From: Octopus sinensis
Lineage: Eukaryota
Assembly: GCF_006345805.1 (NCBI RefSeq)
Contig: NC_043013.1
Location: forward strand, 14,942,001-15,006,000
Direction: 5' to 3'
Length of the DNA: 64,000 bases
Numbering within the stretch: the stretch's first letter is position 1; each line of letters opens with the position of its first letter. The notes beneath the pieces were generated by a model, which worked only from the letters and a program-made list of their open reading frames with translations, was not told where the DNA came from and searched no databases. A program made the position numbers and the translations under genes. Shown here one piece after another: positions 1 to 64,000 of this stretch.

Positions 1-13
1 TATTTATGTATAC

Positions 14-480
14 ATCATCATCATCGTTTAACATTTGCTCTCCATACTCGCATGAGTTGGATGGTTTGATATGGAGCTGGCTAACAGGGAACTGTTCAAA
101 CTCCAACTGTCTCATCACGCGTAGTTTCTACAGCTGGATGCTCTTCCTAATGCCAACGACTTAATAATATGCTAGGTGTTTTTTACGTGGCACTGGCACA
201 GGTGTATTTACCCCTCCACCCCGCACAGGTGCTTTTTAAGAGGCACTGGTACTTGAAAGAACAAGCTTCTGTGTATGTGTGTGTGGAAGACAGCGATTTT
301 ACTTAGCTTGACTTGTTTTATCAAGTACAGAAAATCACCACATCTCCCAGTCTCTTGTCATTTACTCAGTGAGGCCCCAGCATCCGAAGATCCTTTCTCA
401 CCACTTCGTTCCATGTCTTCCCAGGTGGATGTCTATCTGCACACACACATCAGTTGTTTTATGTTTACTTTCCCATGCTA
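14..480 (-). mobile_element. Repeat family C ((GAT)n-tailed retroposon), diverged copy
   Basis: catcatcatcgtttaac...ctggatgc.cttcctaatgccaac motif recurs in >15 places (e.g. 7150, 9460, 15300, 33520, 42650, 46550, 50170, 51650, 58830). Confidence 0.75.
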
Positions 481-1126
481 GCATAGGGTCAGATGAAGTC
501 TTATTGAGGCAATACTGTACGACCAGATGCTTTTCCCGTCACCAACCCTTACCTGTCTTTCCAAGTAAGGGATTTTTTTTTTATTTTCATTGCACTGGTT
601 ATCACAAATCAAAAGAGCAAAGACACAGGAAATATTGTTTACAGATGTAAACATGACATCACCATTTTTTACAAATGATGTCCTGTGAAGTCACATGGTA
701 TATACACATTCATACAGAAATTGCACACACACACGCACACAACCTATTGTTCTCTAGTCTCTTATTGTCCATCTCCTCTCTGAACCTTTCCTCTGGATCC
801 CTTCCTTTCAAGCCCCTTCTAGTCTAGCCTCTCCTTTCTCTAACCACTTCTAGTCTAGCTCCTTATATAGTCCATTTTTGTCTACTTCCTTTCTAGTCCC
901 TTCTTTCGACCCTTCTAATTTAGCTCCTTGTGTAGTCCCTTCTATTCTGGTCTTCCCTTCCCACCCATTCTCTAGTTCCTTGCCTAGTCCCTTCTTGTCA
1001 CCTTCCTCTCCGTCTCCCTCCCTATCTAACCCTTTCTTTCATGTTTTTTGTTTCTTTTTTACTTTAACTACTTTACTTCTCAGACATAATTTACTGAACA
1101 AAAGATGTTTTTTTTCACTGTTTTAG

Positions 1127-26252
<25,126 letters not shown>

Positions 26253-26311
26253 TGACATTTTTTCTAATTTGTACATAAATTATGGATGTTTTGATATCAA
26301 CAGAAACTACA

Positions 26312-26317
26312 ATTAAA
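26312..26317 (+). terminator. Candidate poly(A) signal ATTAAA for ATP2C1
   Basis: 60 nt after the TAG; upstream TGTA, CA at 26331, U-rich tract downstream. Alternative + strand AATAAA at 26733, 27010, 27215. Confidence 0.45.
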
Positions 26318-26361
26318 TTAATTTACATTGCAAAAAAATTCATCAAATTTTCTTTCCATCT

Positions 26362-26371
26362 TTTATTTATT
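26362..26371 (-). terminator. Candidate poly(A) signal (two overlapping AATAAA) for RTTN
   Basis: Forward tttatttatt = AATAAATAAA on -, about 22 nt after the RTTN stop. Confidence 0.55.
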
Positions 26372-26392
26372 TTTTTTTTCTCTCCTGTCAAG

Positions 26393-63746
<37,354 letters not shown>

Positions 63747-64000
63747 CTGGGAAGAAAAAACAGAAAAAACATACTGGTGTTTAGTGTTTTATTGTAAATT
63801 TTTTGCAAAAACATATATATACATATTCATTTAGTCTTTTTTATTTTTATGCATTTCAGTTCAAAGGTTGTGGTCATGATGGAGCACCATCAGTGTCATC
63901 ACTTTTCCAATGGCCATTCTTATGCAATTGGTTTCTGGTGAAGGAGAGAATTTGACACTGCTGCCCTCTTTTGAGTTTCTTATTGCGATATCAGTTCGTC

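Overview
Eukaryotic genomic DNA: AT-rich, intron-rich and dense in SINEs, MITEs and microsatellites. The repeat families look like those of a coleoid cephalopod (Octopus); this is an inference from recalled repeats, not a search. Two multi-exon genes converge tail-to-tail, and both 5' ends lie outside the window. (1) On +, 17 GT-AG exons (1127-26252; 2064 nt, one open frame) encode the C-terminal ~687 aa of a secretory-pathway Ca2+/Mn2+ P-type ATPase (ATP2C1/SPCA/PMR1 family). (2) On -, 24 GT-AG exons (63746-26393; 3322 nt, one open frame) encode the C-terminal ~1106 aa of rotatin (RTTN). The stop codons are only 140 bp apart and flank what looks like a shared bidirectional polyadenylation element. 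Introns hold tRNA-derived SINEs, TTAA and hAT MITEs, Helitron-like elements, CR1/RTE/R4/Tx1-like LINE relics, a perfect 29-bp minisatellite, a ~120-bp-arm hairpin, a Penelope-type minimal hammerhead ribozyme motif, and a decayed duplicate of an ATP2C1 exon. No prokaryotic-type system is present. Most ORF-track entries are repeat artefacts. Exon coordinates were read base by base; repeat boundaries are approximate. Homology calls are from memory of family motifs, not database searches.
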